In this document: positions 21,135-31,797 of the stretch, in pieces
Numbering within the stretch: position 1 is the first letter of the stretch
How the letters are laid out: the number at the start of each line of letters is the position of its first letter
Source: a virus
Taxonomy: Duplodnaviria; Caudoviricetes
DNA: 64,000 nucleotides
Strand: one strand, 5' to 3'
IMG/VR virus record: IMGVR_UViG_3300028886_000042
Made by a program: the position numbers and the translations under genes
Notes under the pieces: model-generated
What the model saw: the letters and a program-made list of their open reading frames with translations, nothing else
Told to the model about the DNA's origin: nothing
Database searches by the model: none

Positions 21135-22901
21135 ATGGCTAATAAAACATTACAATTTTTAAGAAACTCAACTATTTTTACTTCACGTACTGCTGCGTTG
21201 ACAGGTTTGGAGAATCAGTTGAAGGCTGCAACCGCAAAGGATGGTGAACCTATTCTTGCTATTTATACCGACGGCAAAGGTGGAACAGAGCATACTTTGC
21301 TTGGTATTAAAGGTAAGACAAGTTATGAAATCTTCGATAATGAAGGTTCTGCTGCTAAGGCTGTGACCAGCGTACAGTATGATGGTGATAATAATAAGAT
21401 TACCTATACAAAGGATGGAACTGCAACTGATGTTGTAACAACAGCCGCACTGTTGACCGATATGGATTTGAATGTTACTAATATCGGTGAAACGGGTAAG
21501 GTAATTACTGTTGTTGGTGAAACAAATGGTAAAGTAACTGCAACAGCAACTAATTTTACAGATGTAATTCTTGGTGGTTATTCCAAAACAGCAGATACCG
21601 GTGCAATTGATGCAACTGATACTCTTGAAAAGGCTTTGAGCAAGTTGGAGAACACTGTTGCAACAAACGCTATTGTTTCTGACGATAGTTCTATCACAGT
21701 TGCTCCTTCTCAAAATAAAGGTACAAGTGTTGTAGTTAATGTTGACGGTACTACAATCGTTAAGGCTAATGGTGGTGCTTTGAAGGCTGATTTGAAGATT
21801 TTGAAGGAAACAACCGGTTTAGCAACTAATGTAAAGGAACAGTATAAACTGGTTTATGGCAATAGTACTACCGCTATTGGTGATATAGTTACGATTTACA
21901 AGGACAGTGCACTCGTTAATATTGAATTAGGTCATGTTGATGATACACTTAAAAGCGAAGACCCTACAACACATGAATCTGCTTCAAGTACCATTGTTTC
22001 AGGTAGTGGTGATACTGCTCTCGTATATGTAATGCAGTTGGCTAATGGTAATTATAAGTTGGCTGCTGTAAATGTTCAGTCTTTCTTAGAGGAGACTGAA
22101 TTTAGTGACGGTTTACAAGTAAATAATCACGTTGTTTCTGTTAAGCTTGATGCAAGTGGTGATGATACAGGTGCCGGTAAATTCTTGACTGTTGGAAGTG
22201 ACGGTTTGAAACTTGATGGTGTATCTGATGCTATCAATACTGCTAAGAGTGAAGTAATTGGTGAAAGTACTGATGTTTCAACTGATAACACTATTTATGG
22301 TGCTAAGGCTTATGCTGACGCTGCTATTGCTGATTTGGATGCAACTGTTAGTCAGACTGCCGGTGCTGATGGTTTGGCATTGTCAGTAACTGAGGCAGAT
22401 GGTGTTATAACTGGTATCAGTGGTTCTATTGCCGCTAATATTTATGATGCCTACGGTGCTGCTTCCACTGCTAAGAGTGAAGTAATTGGTACAAGTGGTG
22501 ATGCTTCCACTGCTAATACCATCTACGGTGCTAAGGCTTATGCTGATGCTGCTGTTGTTGCTTTGGATGCTGAAAAAACTTCCACAGACGGTACTAATGT
22601 ACAAGTTAAGGTAACTGAGGTTGATGGTAAAATTACTGCTGTAAATATTACTACTGACAACACAGTTAACAGTACCAATGTAAATACTGCTATCACTACT
22701 GCTATTGAAGCTTTGGATGCTACTGATACTGCTGTTACTAACCAATTCGTAACTGCTGTTAGTGAAGCAAACGGTGTGATTTCTGTAACACGCGCTCAAC
22801 CCGCTGCTGGTGATGTAAGTTTTAGTAATACACATTTTGATGCTACTACTGTTGATGCTGCTCTTGCTGAACTTGCAGTATTTGACGCAGGTGTATATTG
22901 A
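21135..22901 (+). CDS. Thr/Ala-rich tail fibre/spike protein
   Basis: N-terminus resembles that of the 13983 protein; internal TIYGAKAYADAA duplication; ends DAGVY; late motif at 21082-21090. Confidence 0.7.
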   Translation: MANKTLQFLRNSTIFTSRTAALTGLENQLKAATAKDGEPILAIYTDGKGGTEHTLLGIKGKTSYEIFDNEGSAAKAVTSVQYDGDNNKITYTKDGTATDVVTTAALLTDMDLNVTNIGETGKVITVVGETNGKVTATATNFTDVILGGYSKTADTGAIDATDTLEKALSKLENTVATNAIVSDDSSITVAPSQNKGTSVVVNVDGTTIVKANGGALKADLKILKETTGLATNVKEQYKLVYGNSTTAIGDIVTIYKDSALVNIELGHVDDTLKSEDPTTHESASSTIVSGSGDTALVYVMQLANGNYKLAAVNVQSFLEETEFSDGLQVNNHVVSVKLDASGDDTGAGKFLTVGSDGLKLDGVSDAINTAKSEVIGESTDVSTDNTIYGAKAYADAAIADLDATVSQTAGADGLALSVTEADGVITGISGSIAANIYDAYGAASTAKSEVIGTSGDASTANTIYGAKAYADAAVVALDAEKTSTDGTNVQVKVTEVDGKITAVNITTDNTVNSTNVNTAITTAIEALDATDTAVTNQFVTAVSEANGVISVTRAQPAAGDVSFSNTHFDATTVDAALAELAVFDAGVY

Positions 22902-22934
22902 TGAAACAAAAACTCTATATAAATTAAGTCTCTG

Positions 22935-24317
22935 TTATTGCAGAGACTTAATTTTTTTTAACAGTTTATTTTTTGAAGAAAATAGGTTGTCATGATACAT
23001 TTCCTTTAATTTTTCATTAGTATCAATGTATTTTTTTATATCTTTCACATCAGAATAATATAATAAAGTTAAACCCCTTTCTTTTGATTCTTTGTATTTT
23101 ATATAATCTTTATTAATTCTTTCATCAAAATTTTCTTTAAATTTTTTGCACTCTTTAAAGTGTTGTAGCCCTTGACATTCAATTAATATATTTAGTTTTG
23201 GTATATAAAAATCAAATGGCATATGATGTTTATATTTTATTCCTTCAATTACAGCTTGTCTTGTAAATTCAATATTATTTTCCTTTAAAAGTATATTTAT
23301 TTCACGTTCACCATGACTTTCATTACAATATGGGCAACCCTGACCCTGTAAATGACTGTTTGCTAATTGTTTAAATTCTCCATGTTTAGGGCATATTATT
23401 ATAACACTTCCATTATTGCGTGTATAAATAGTTTTAGAATAGTCATATTTATTATCATGTATTTTTGAAGCACGTTCTATAAATTCTTCTGTTGTTAAAG
23501 GTTTATTTCTAGCACAAGAAGGACAGCCAATACCACGTAAATGGTGTACCGGATTTTGTAAAAAAGAACCATGTTCCGGACATATTATTTCCACATTTTC
23601 ATCACTATTTTTACCAATTTTTGTTTTGGTATAATCATATTTACCATTATGAACTTTTGTTGCGCGTTTTATAAATTCTTCTGTTGTTAAAGGTTTATTT
23701 TTAGCACAAGAAGGACAGCCATGCCCACGCAAAATATTATTTGGTGTTGCATAAAATGAACCATGTTCCGGACATATAACTTCAACCTTTTGCACACAGC
23801 CAGTATAAATGGATTTTGAAAAATCATATTTGTCACCCCATTTATCTTTAGCTTTTTTTATGAAGTCCTCAGTCTTTAATTTTATTTTCTCTTCATCGGT
23901 TATTTTTCCATATTCACGTCCCCGTTTACCAGTAAACGGCATACCGTCAGGTGAATCAATATGTATAAATGGTTTTTGCCAAAAAATACCTTCGGGATTA
24001 TCATCTGTAATAAGTTCTTTGCATTTTATACAAACCTTTGTTCTTCTACCTTTAAAAACAACTTCTGAATAATCAAATTTATCACCGTGTTTTTCCTTTG
24101 CTGCTTTAATAAAATCTTCAGTTGACCAATTTCTTCTTCCTACACATCTAGGACAACCGTCACCTCTAAGATGTACTGAAATTTGTTGTTTAAATTCACC
24201 ATGTTTAGGACAAATAATACTTACTTTGTTAGCACAACTCGTTTCTTCAAAATAAGGGTATTCATATTTATCACCATGTTTTTCCCTTGCACGTTTTACA
24301 AAATCTTCATGTTTCAT
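22935..24317 (-). mobile_element. free-standing endonuclease gene: Zn-finger repeat array plus Vsr/DUF559-like PD-(D/E)XK domain
   Basis: Repeats of HxxKYDYS...IICPxHGxF...HLxGxGCPxC; C-terminal PFDFYIPKLNILIECQGLQHF; AT-rich. Confidence 0.8.
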
Positions 24318-24431
24318 TTTCTTTTGATTTCATATATTTATTTATATATAAATATCATTAGAAAATAAAAAATGACTGTGGTATGTATTATTTTTTTAAT
24401 GAAAATCAATAAGTTATACACTTAAATAATT

Positions 24432-24471
24432 AATTCCTGAGTAATTAGAAAATAACTACTCAGGAATTTTT
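24432..24471. terminator. terminator after the polB C-terminal gene
   Basis: AATTCCTGAGTA...TACTCAGGAATT inverted repeat. Confidence 0.65.
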
Positions 24472-26064
24472 TTATCCTTCCTCTGCTGTTTCTTCTTCTT
24501 TTGTTACAAATTCGTGGTCTATAATATCGAATATATTACCCAGTACTATATTATATTTTCTTGAAATGAAATTATTAGAGTTAACATCTTCGTCAACGAT
24601 TGCGAGTATTCTGTCAGGTATAACACCTTCCTCAATAAATTCATCTACTTCATCTCTTGTAAGTGAGTCGATTGCATTATTATACAGTGACAGTTCCAGT
24701 TGTATTTCTTCCTTTTCAAGTTGTTTCATACGTTCCTTATAGTCAGCAACTATTTCATCCCAATTCATACCTATTTCATTTATGTATGGAGGTGTTTTAT
24801 TAACTGATAACCAGAATTTTATTTCCTTATCCTCCATTGTCATAAGCTGTTCATATGTATCTTGGTCTGTAGGGTTATACGGCTCTCCTGATACAAGTTC
24901 GCATTCATTATCAGTAAACTGTTTTCTGTCCTTCGGATTGTTTATAAGGATATTAGACACCTCTTTTCCCTTTTCGTTTATCCTTGTCCTTATATCCCTT
25001 GAAAAGCATACAAGAAGCGGTTTAATCTTCTTATTGAACATTTCCACGTACTTTTCAACATTATATTCAAAGGTATCGTCACAGAAATGGTCATCATCAT
25101 CCTCTACAATATCATTTGACAGTAATATACAGTTGAAAATAAGTGTATCTTTGTCATGGAATGAACTACCGTAGTGTGATTTACCGAAATCATATTTACT
25201 AATCCATTTTCCGTCCTTTTTCTTCATTTCATCAGGACGTTCCTTTTTGGCTTTTGTATAGAGTTTTTCCAACTCCTTTGTTACTTTAACCTCTTCACCC
25301 GACTTATCCGTTATATAGTAGTCAGTTACACGCTTAACGTCTGAATCCCCCTTCTTTTTACCTGTGTTTATATAATATATACTGTCACCCATATTGACAT
25401 TAAGGCCGTGCTTTATGGCAAGTTCATACCAAGCCTGTCTTGCCTTCTTTGAACCGGCTGCTGTAAGTTCATTACAACTGTTTTTGTATGTATCTATTGA
25501 GGTTTTAATCTTGCCTACGGTTGCTATTTCCTTTAATGGTATCTGAAGGTTGTATATCTTTTCAATATAGTCATAGTAGGCTTCAAGGAATTCCTTACCC
25601 TTTCCTTCAAGCAGAAGTACACATTTTTCATTTAGGAATTTCTCAATGTATAACGGTATTTTTTTTGATTTAATGGAATTACCTACAAATTTAAGACTAC
25701 CGTCAGGAAAAAGGTCAAGATAGTTCTTACGTGACAAGTTTAATGAAGAATCTATATACTCATCTATATCCAACCCCATGTGATTAGAGCCTCCTTCGTA
25801 TTCGACACCAAGATATAAATCCTCGAATTCTGCTACATCGGCTTCTGTTTTTGTATATTTTTTACCTTCTACTGTATGTTCACCCTTTCCGTTACTGATG
25901 TAAGGATGTTCATCTGTATATCTGTATTTATCAGGTAATTCGAAGTTAAACCCATCTGTATTGCTAATAACATTTAATCCGTTGGCATTGATAATAGTAG
26001 AGTCAAGTGAAATATCATAGACATAATCACTGTAATCTTTTTCTAATAATTTGGATTCCATCAT
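24472..26064 (-). CDS. polB: DNA polymerase B, C-terminal half, preceded by a 35-aa split-intein C fragment
   Basis: Starts ...YVYDISLDSTIINANGLNVISN then TDGFNF; later SRKNY, KFVGNSIKSK, GDSIYY, YVEMF PolB motifs. Confidence 0.92.
   Translation of the reverse strand: MMESKLLEKDYSDYVYDISLDSTIINANGLNVISNTDGFNFELPDKYRYTDEHPYISNGKGEHTVEGKKYTKTEADVAEFEDLYLGVEYEGGSNHMGLDIDEYIDSSLNLSRKNYLDLFPDGSLKFVGNSIKSKKIPLYIEKFLNEKCVLLLEGKGKEFLEAYYDYIEKIYNLQIPLKEIATVGKIKTSIDTYKNSCNELTAAGSKKARQAWYELAIKHGLNVNMGDSIYYINTGKKKGDSDVKRVTDYYITDKSGEEVKVTKELEKLYTKAKKERPDEMKKKDGKWISKYDFGKSHYGSSFHDKDTLIFNCILLSNDIVEDDDDHFCDDTFEYNVEKYVEMFNKKIKPLLVCFSRDIRTRINEKGKEVSNILINNPKDRKQFTDNECELVSGEPYNPTDQDTYEQLMTMEDKEIKFWLSVNKTPPYINEIGMNWDEIVADYKERMKQLEKEEIQLELSLYNNAIDSLTRDEVDEFIEEGVIPDRILAIVDEDVNSNNFISRKYNIVLGNIFDIIDHEFVTKEEETAEEG
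25960..26064 (-). other. split intein C fragment (IntC, 35 aa)
   Basis: Block F VYDIS, block G ending S-N, followed by +1 Thr (codon 25957-25959). Confidence 0.9.
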
Positions 26065-26077
26065 TTATATTTTTTGG

Positions 26078-26109
26078 CAAACTTATTACTTTTATTTCAC
26101 TTTACCAAA
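26078..26109 (-). promoter_or_regulatory. Bacteroidota-type promoter for the polB C-terminal half
   Basis: Minus strand TTTG-N20-TAAGTTTG, 13 nt upstream of ATG 26064. Confidence 0.8.
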
Positions 26110-26118
26110 TTATAATTG

Positions 26119-28002
26119 TTAATTTTTATTAAACCATTTGTAAACTGCCGTACCACAATCATAAATTCTATACCATTTTTGTAATTTACAAAATTCACTT
26201 TCACTCATATCTTCCGGACATCCATATTTTTTTACAAGTATACTTTTGCGGTAGTTGAATCTGTTTTTCCTCATATCACCAATGACATAGAAATAATTTG
26301 GTGGTGAAAAATGTGAAAATTCAAAACCTAAATTATCATACAGATTACCTTTAGACCATCTTCTATCAGCATATGAAACAACACTATTTGGTTTGTATTT
26401 ATCAACAAAATATTTGAATAGTTTAGAAGCACCTCCTATGACAGTTGTATTCAATATATTACAGAACCTTAACAATTCATACTCCATTTTACCGTTGCCG
26501 ATAAAATGCCTTGATTTACCGAATGTCATTAATGATACTAATTCTTCATTATAGTACAGGCCTAACTTTATCTGACTTGGACACCATCCTTGTATATGGT
26601 TATTTTCCAAAAAAACAGTACATTCCTTTGTTGATACTTCTTTTATTATACATTTTCTGGCATATATTCTTTTTTCGGTTTTACCGAGAATGTTGGAAAT
26701 TATGGATTTCCATATATTCTTTTTGTATATCCATTCATCCTCAAATACATGAATTAATCTAACACCACTTTTCTCGCATTCAGTCGTTTTCCATAGATGA
26801 TAATCCTTTTCCCTATTATTTTCATTATGCCAGAATACACCGTCAAATTCAAAGGCAATCTTTAAAGAAGGTATGTAAATATCAAGTTCTTTTCCTTCAA
26901 GTATTTTTCTGTCGTTATTATAAGCATCCTCAAAACCAAGTGTTCTTATAAAATTACATATTTCCTTTTCTTTTAAAGAAGAATTACAGTTGTGATAAGG
27001 ACAACCATGCCCCCTCAAAAATGAATTAGCCTCAATAGTAAACGTTCTTCCACATTCATTACATCTGACTTCAATTTTTTTATTTGAAGATACATATTCA
27101 CTTAGTATAGTGTATTTACCTTCTCCATATACTGAATCGATTTCCTTTTTAAATTCTTCTGTTGTTTTTGTTTTTTCTTTAGATATTATCCTTTTATTAC
27201 ATTCAGGACACGGGTCGCCATTTAAAAAACCGTTGAAAAATCTGTTGTAAGGTCTTTTGAACTCATATCCGCAATTTTTACATTTACAAGACATGGTTTT
27301 CATTGTGCCGTCATATAGGGAATAGTCAACTGTTATTGACGGATATACTTCTTCCATCCTTTTCTTAACATCATCTACTTGTAAACGACGTTTCTTTCCT
27401 GCTTTTCTGTTTGCACATATTTTACATGAACATTTCCCATTTAATATACGACTGATTTTCTTGTATTCTTTATTTCCACATTCTTTACATATTGTCAATA
27501 CTTTGTCATCTTTTATGTTTTTTTTACCTTCGAAGTATTCGATATAAAAACCATTTATTTTCTCCGATAATTCATTATATGTTATTGTTTCTTTAGGTGT
27601 TTCCTTGCACCAGCAGCCACCTGTTTTTGAAGTAATAAAATCACAGGCAATCTTTGTAAAAACATTACCACATAAATTGCACCTAACAGTTATCTTACTG
27701 TGACTGTTTTCATATTCTGTTTCAATATAAGGAAATGTGTATCTATCACCGAATCTTTCTTTAGCCTTTTCTGTAAAATGTTCCCAATTATTTTTAGAAT
27801 ACATCGCTGCATATTTTTTACCACATACAGGACATCCTTGACCGTTTAAATGGTTTTTAGGGGTTTGTTGAAACCTGTAGCCACATTTATTATGTGTCAT
27901 GAACATCTTTTTCTTAGTATTTACATAAGAATCCGGTTCATATGTGTATTCATTACCATGAACTTCAATTGCCTTATTCTTAAACCATTCGTAATTATGC
28001 AT
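26119..28002 (-). mobile_element. free-standing (Hef-like) homing endonuclease between the polB halves
   Basis: CxxC Zn-ribbon repeats; ELDIYIPSLKIAFEFDGVFWH...HVFEDEW nuclease; C-terminal ELLRFC...GGASKL...SYADRRWS...LY..LGF domain. Confidence 0.85.
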
Positions 28003-28058
28003 ATTTAATTTGTGTTATATAAATAAATATATACCATTACCAATTTATTCATCAATAG

Positions 28059-28634
28059 TTAGTCTTTTTTTATAAAAAAGGGTATCTTTTCATGTATTGT
28101 ATACTTGATATTAACGCATTTCTTAATAAACTCTATTCTTGCTATGTCAGTTTTTGTTTTCATGTTCCATCCTTTACTTAGGTTATCTATGAAATTTTTC
28201 TTGTTTTCGATATTTGCATTCAGAAGCCAAAGCCATGTGTCCTTAATATTGTCATTTTCAGTCAATGTATTAAAGGAAGAATATATATCACCTTCATAAT
28301 ACTCTAACTTTGTATCTGAATTAATTTCAGACGGTTTTATCTTTTCCTTATCAGAATTAAACAGACTGTGGTCTTCGGTTACATCTACAAACATGTTATT
28401 TTCCTTATCACTGACTCTGTATATGGGCTTTGTTGTCTTATGCCGGTAAATATACTGAGGCTCAACCCATCCGCTTCTGCAAAGTACCTTGAATTTCTTC
28501 TTTGAATAGTCATATTCACGTCCTAATGCGTCAATCTGTATGTCTTTTTCACTTATTAACTCTGAAATAGGCTTTATGTCAATTAATCCGCTGTCCTCAT
28601 ATCTGATAAATAAAGGCGTGTCAGAAGTAAATGA
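28059..28634 (-). other. split intein N fragment (IntN, 191 aa)
   Basis: Block A SFTSDTPL directly after VVGD; block B VTEDHSLF (TxxH); ends at a stop without blocks F/G. Confidence 0.9.
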
Positions 28635-30605
28635 GTCACCTACAACAGGTGTATAGTTGTAATCTGAACCTAAACCGTTTGTAGTTCCTAATTCAGTGAA
28701 GAATTTTATCATCAGACGGAGTGCCTGCCTACCGATACATGTTGTATTTTCAGCAGCATCAATATCTGAGAACGGAAATATTTCACCACTACCGTAACTT
28801 CCGAAAAATCCGTTGCAAATAACCTTTGTACAACCTTGTATATTATCAAAGAAAACATATTCAGCAATTGCAGTTTCCTTTTCAGCTAAAAGATTATCCG
28901 TATTTTCATTTAAACTCTTTTTTTCTTCTATTTCCTTTGTTAGTTTTTCTTTTCTGATTTCAGCTTCTTTTTTCTTGGATTTATAATATTGACGCTGTTT
29001 TAAAAGATATTCAAGCAGATATAACATTATATCCATCAAATCTACCGGTGTTTTTATACCAAAGGTTAAAATACAACTGGGATAAAGTGAAGAGAAATCA
29101 CCTTTGAACTGTTTCTTTATCTTACCCGTTTTTAAAAGTCTGCTGATTCCACCACAGAATTTCCTTCGTTGTATCAGTTCCGGTATTGCCAAATCATGCT
29201 GATAACTCCAAGCAAGCATGATATATTTCCAAACGGCAGCAGTTCCCATTGTACATACCTTATCGTATGATACGGGTAGTAATTTACATACAAAATAATT
29301 CGTAACGTTATATTTGTATTCTACCTTATCACTCTCCCAAAGGTCATCAAGAAGGTATCTTTGGACGATATATCTGCCGGTAGTATATTCATATATACTG
29401 TTATCTGAATTGTCCTTTAGAAAATGCTTGTCATTTTCATAATAGTCAGTATATTTAAGTGAACCGTCCTCTAATGTTTTGGACAGTTTTTTATTGTCAA
29501 CCTTAAACCATTCTCCGTTCAGATTATTGAATGCATATGTTTCAGTCAAATCCTCCCAAACGGTATTGATTTTCTTACCCGGTACATATACACGGTTTTC
29601 CTTGTTGATTTTGGAGTATTTTGTGATGTATTTAAGGTTCGCGGACTTTATATTACTGTTAATGGCCATCGCACGTCTTACTGCAAATAGTGAATCCGTA
29701 AGATGCGTACCCCACATAACGGTAGGATAGAAATACTCCATTTCACCTCCAAGTTTCAGAACCTGTTGTTTTTTCTTCTTGAATACACCTTTTCTGAAGT
29801 ATTCCATTGAGAACTCACCCATATTGAGGCCCATAAGTCTAAGTCTTGTTTCAATGAAATTCCAGTCAAAGTTTTCGGTATTATGTCCTGTGATTACATC
29901 AGACTGTAATTCCTTTATTGTTTCGAAAAATTCACGTATTGCATTGAACTCGTTCTTCCGTTTTTCCTCACCTTCACCGTCAACCGTTATGATTTTCTCA
30001 AAACCCTTGTTGGTTCTTATACCTATCTGACTGATTGCGTCCTTCTCAGGGTCAAGTCCTTCGGTTTCCAAGTCCCATTCCATTCTGAGCAGGTCATCGT
30101 AGTCATCATACCCCTTGAAAAGCCTCCTGCCTGTCTGAATCATGTACTGTTCAACAGGAGAAATACATATGTATTCCTTTAATCCGTAATTACTGTCACG
30201 TTCTTTAGGATATATAGGTCTACCGGCTTTTTTGAAGAAATCCATGAACTTTGAATATGTCATGGGAACCTTTGCATAGAACAGCAGTTTATATCCGTTC
30301 TTCATACGTTCAGGTTCAGTACCATCATCACGTGTAGTCCTTAACCCCTTTACGCCTATATTGTATTCTGACAGTTTAATCCTTATCAGTTTTCTGTCAC
30401 CTCCGAAAAGTTTTTGGGCTGTTGTCTCCTTTGTCCACAGAAACGGATAGAAATTCTCCCTTTTAATCATTTTCCTACCCTCTTCGTTCCTGTATATGAT
30501 ACTTACCTTGTTGTCATCATATCCGCATTCTATCTTAATGATATGCTCCATAGGGTCAGTACCGTTAAGGAATGACTCGATTTCTTCCTTTGTTACCTTT
30601 GGCAT
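28059..30605 (-). CDS. polB: DNA polymerase B, N-terminal half (exonuclease plus palm motifs A/B), fused to a split-intein N fragment
   Basis: ExoI WDLETEG, ExoII GHNTENFD, ExoIII YLLDDL, motif A DFSSLYPS, motif B KVICNGFFG, motif C truncated at VVGD. Confidence 0.93.
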   Translation of the reverse strand: MPKVTKEEIESFLNGTDPMEHIIKIECGYDDNKVSIIYRNEEGRKMIKRENFYPFLWTKETTAQKLFGGDRKLIRIKLSEYNIGVKGLRTTRDDGTEPERMKNGYKLLFYAKVPMTYSKFMDFFKKAGRPIYPKERDSNYGLKEYICISPVEQYMIQTGRRLFKGYDDYDDLLRMEWDLETEGLDPEKDAISQIGIRTNKGFEKIITVDGEGEEKRKNEFNAIREFFETIKELQSDVITGHNTENFDWNFIETRLRLMGLNMGEFSMEYFRKGVFKKKKQQVLKLGGEMEYFYPTVMWGTHLTDSLFAVRRAMAINSNIKSANLKYITKYSKINKENRVYVPGKKINTVWEDLTETYAFNNLNGEWFKVDNKKLSKTLEDGSLKYTDYYENDKHFLKDNSDNSIYEYTTGRYIVQRYLLDDLWESDKVEYKYNVTNYFVCKLLPVSYDKVCTMGTAAVWKYIMLAWSYQHDLAIPELIQRRKFCGGISRLLKTGKIKKQFKGDFSSLYPSCILTFGIKTPVDLMDIMLYLLEYLLKQRQYYKSKKKEAEIRKEKLTKEIEEKKSLNENTDNLLAEKETAIAEYVFFDNIQGCTKVICNGFFGSYGSGEIFPFSDIDAAENTTCIGRQALRLMIKFFTELGTTNGLGSDYNYTPVVGDSFTSDTPLFIRYEDSGLIDIKPISELISEKDIQIDALGREYDYSKKKFKVLCRSGWVEPQYIYRHKTTKPIYRVSDKENNMFVDVTEDHSLFNSDKEKIKPSEINSDTKLEYYEGDIYSSFNTLTENDNIKDTWLWLLNANIENKKNFIDNLSKGWNMKTKTDIARIEFIKKCVNIKYTIHEKIPFFIKKD

Positions 30606-30690
30606 CTTTTTTCAGTAAAAATAAATTAATATTATATAAAATCCACTTAAAGCCGACATCTTAAAACGGGCATCATGGATATACTTTCTG

Positions 30691-30721
30691 CAAATATACT
30701 GTAAATAACGTTAAAAACAAA
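30691..30721 (-). promoter_or_regulatory. Bacteroidota-type promoter for the polB N-terminal half
   Basis: Minus strand TTTG-N19-TATATTTG. Confidence 0.8.
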
Positions 30722-30796
30722 AATATAACTGTTTTAACAAATGTTAAAATATTTTTGTCTGAAACCGTATATTTATTGTATATATAAGTTTTTAGA

Positions 30797-31201
30797 ATGA
30801 TGAAACAGAGGTATAAATTAACGGAAAGCGAACTTCATAACCTTATAGCAGAATCAGTAAAGGAAGTATTGGCTGAGAGTGCTGAAATGGATGAAGGTTG
30901 GCTTGGAGATAAGTGGAATCAGGCAAAAAGTGCTGCGAGAACAGCTTTCAATGCTGAAGGCGGTGTCGGTAACAGATTATCACAGGCAAAGAAAAACTGG
31001 AATACACAGGGTGACTTGAATAATCTTACTTCCCTTCGCACTCAACTTGAACAGTTGCTTGATGCCAGACAGATTAGCCCCGATACTACGGTAGGTCAGC
31101 TTGTAGGCGGCAAATACAACAACAACCGATTCGGTACTATGTCAGGTATGGTAGCAAACCGTAGAGGACAGATTCAGCGTCGCGGCGGTGTTGCTTATTA
31201 A
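30797..31201 (+). CDS. small protein with KLTESELHNLIAESVKEVL leader (probable internal virion protein)
   Basis: Leader motif; late motif ATATTTAT at 30769-30776. Confidence 0.7.
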   Translation: MMKQRYKLTESELHNLIAESVKEVLAESAEMDEGWLGDKWNQAKSAARTAFNAEGGVGNRLSQAKKNWNTQGDLNNLTSLRTQLEQLLDARQISPDTTVGQLVGGKYNNNRFGTMSGMVANRRGQIQRRGGVAY

Positions 31202-31216
31202 TAGCTTTTTTGCTAT

Positions 31217-31253
31217 AAAAAAACAGCAGACTTGATATACAGGTCTGCTTTTT
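31217..31253. terminator. bidirectional terminator
   Basis: AGCAGACTTG...CAGGTCTGCT with flanking A/T runs between convergent genes. Confidence 0.65.
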
Positions 31254-31263
31254 ATATTTATTT

Positions 31264-31725
31264 TCACCGGTTGAATATCCATGAAACTATTTTCAGAAAT
31301 AAGCCGTCTTTCGGCTTGTCTACAATCATTTCGAGGTTATTATATACCTTTATATTCATACCATAGGTTTTGTTGAGGCGTTTCATGTGTTTTCTGAAAT
31401 GTCTGCCATGCCCTAAAAATCCGTCGAAATGTATTCCTTCAACGGTTGTAACATACATATGTATCATTTCATGAACCATAACATCCCTCAGTGTTTCATC
31501 CGTCCATCTTACATTTCTCGAAATACCGATACGACTTTCCGACTTACCGTTTTTCTTTTCCTCGAAATCATATTTTCCATATGTATCTCCTGCAATTAAC
31601 CAGTAGAATTTGCATTTTCCCAACTCACCGTTGAAATACATCTTGTTGTATCTGTCAAACAGTTCATAAAGTATTTCCCTGTCAGTTTCCTTGCCGTTAA
31701 GGAGTAATTTGTACTTATTTGCCAT
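31264..31725 (-). CDS. SprT-like zinc metalloprotease
   Basis: LFDRYNKMYF, VMVHEMIHMY, GHGRHF; start probably MANKY after TAACTTTG (31747-31754). Confidence 0.8.
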   Translation of the reverse strand: MANKYKLLLNGKETDREILYELFDRYNKMYFNGELGKCKFYWLIAGDTYGKYDFEEKKNGKSESRIGISRNVRWTDETLRDVMVHEMIHMYVTTVEGIHFDGFLGHGRHFRKHMKRLNKTYGMNIKVYNNLEMIVDKPKDGLFLKIVSWIFNR

Positions 31726-31797
31726 AAATTTTTCAGAAATATGTGACAAAGTTAATACATTTGTCTATAATATTGAAATTATTTCAGTTAAAAAATG

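Noticed and set aside
12209-22835. Many antisense ORFs of 60-185 aa within the fibre genes (also 54733-55404 and 56512-57150)
   Set aside because: Shadow ORFs from biased codon usage of the sense genes; no motifs or expression signals
26064-28059. Group I intron interrupting polB
   Set aside because: Spacers flanking the endonuclease ORF are only ~55 nt and AT-rich, with no room for a ribozyme core; intein motifs and a separate promoter explain the split
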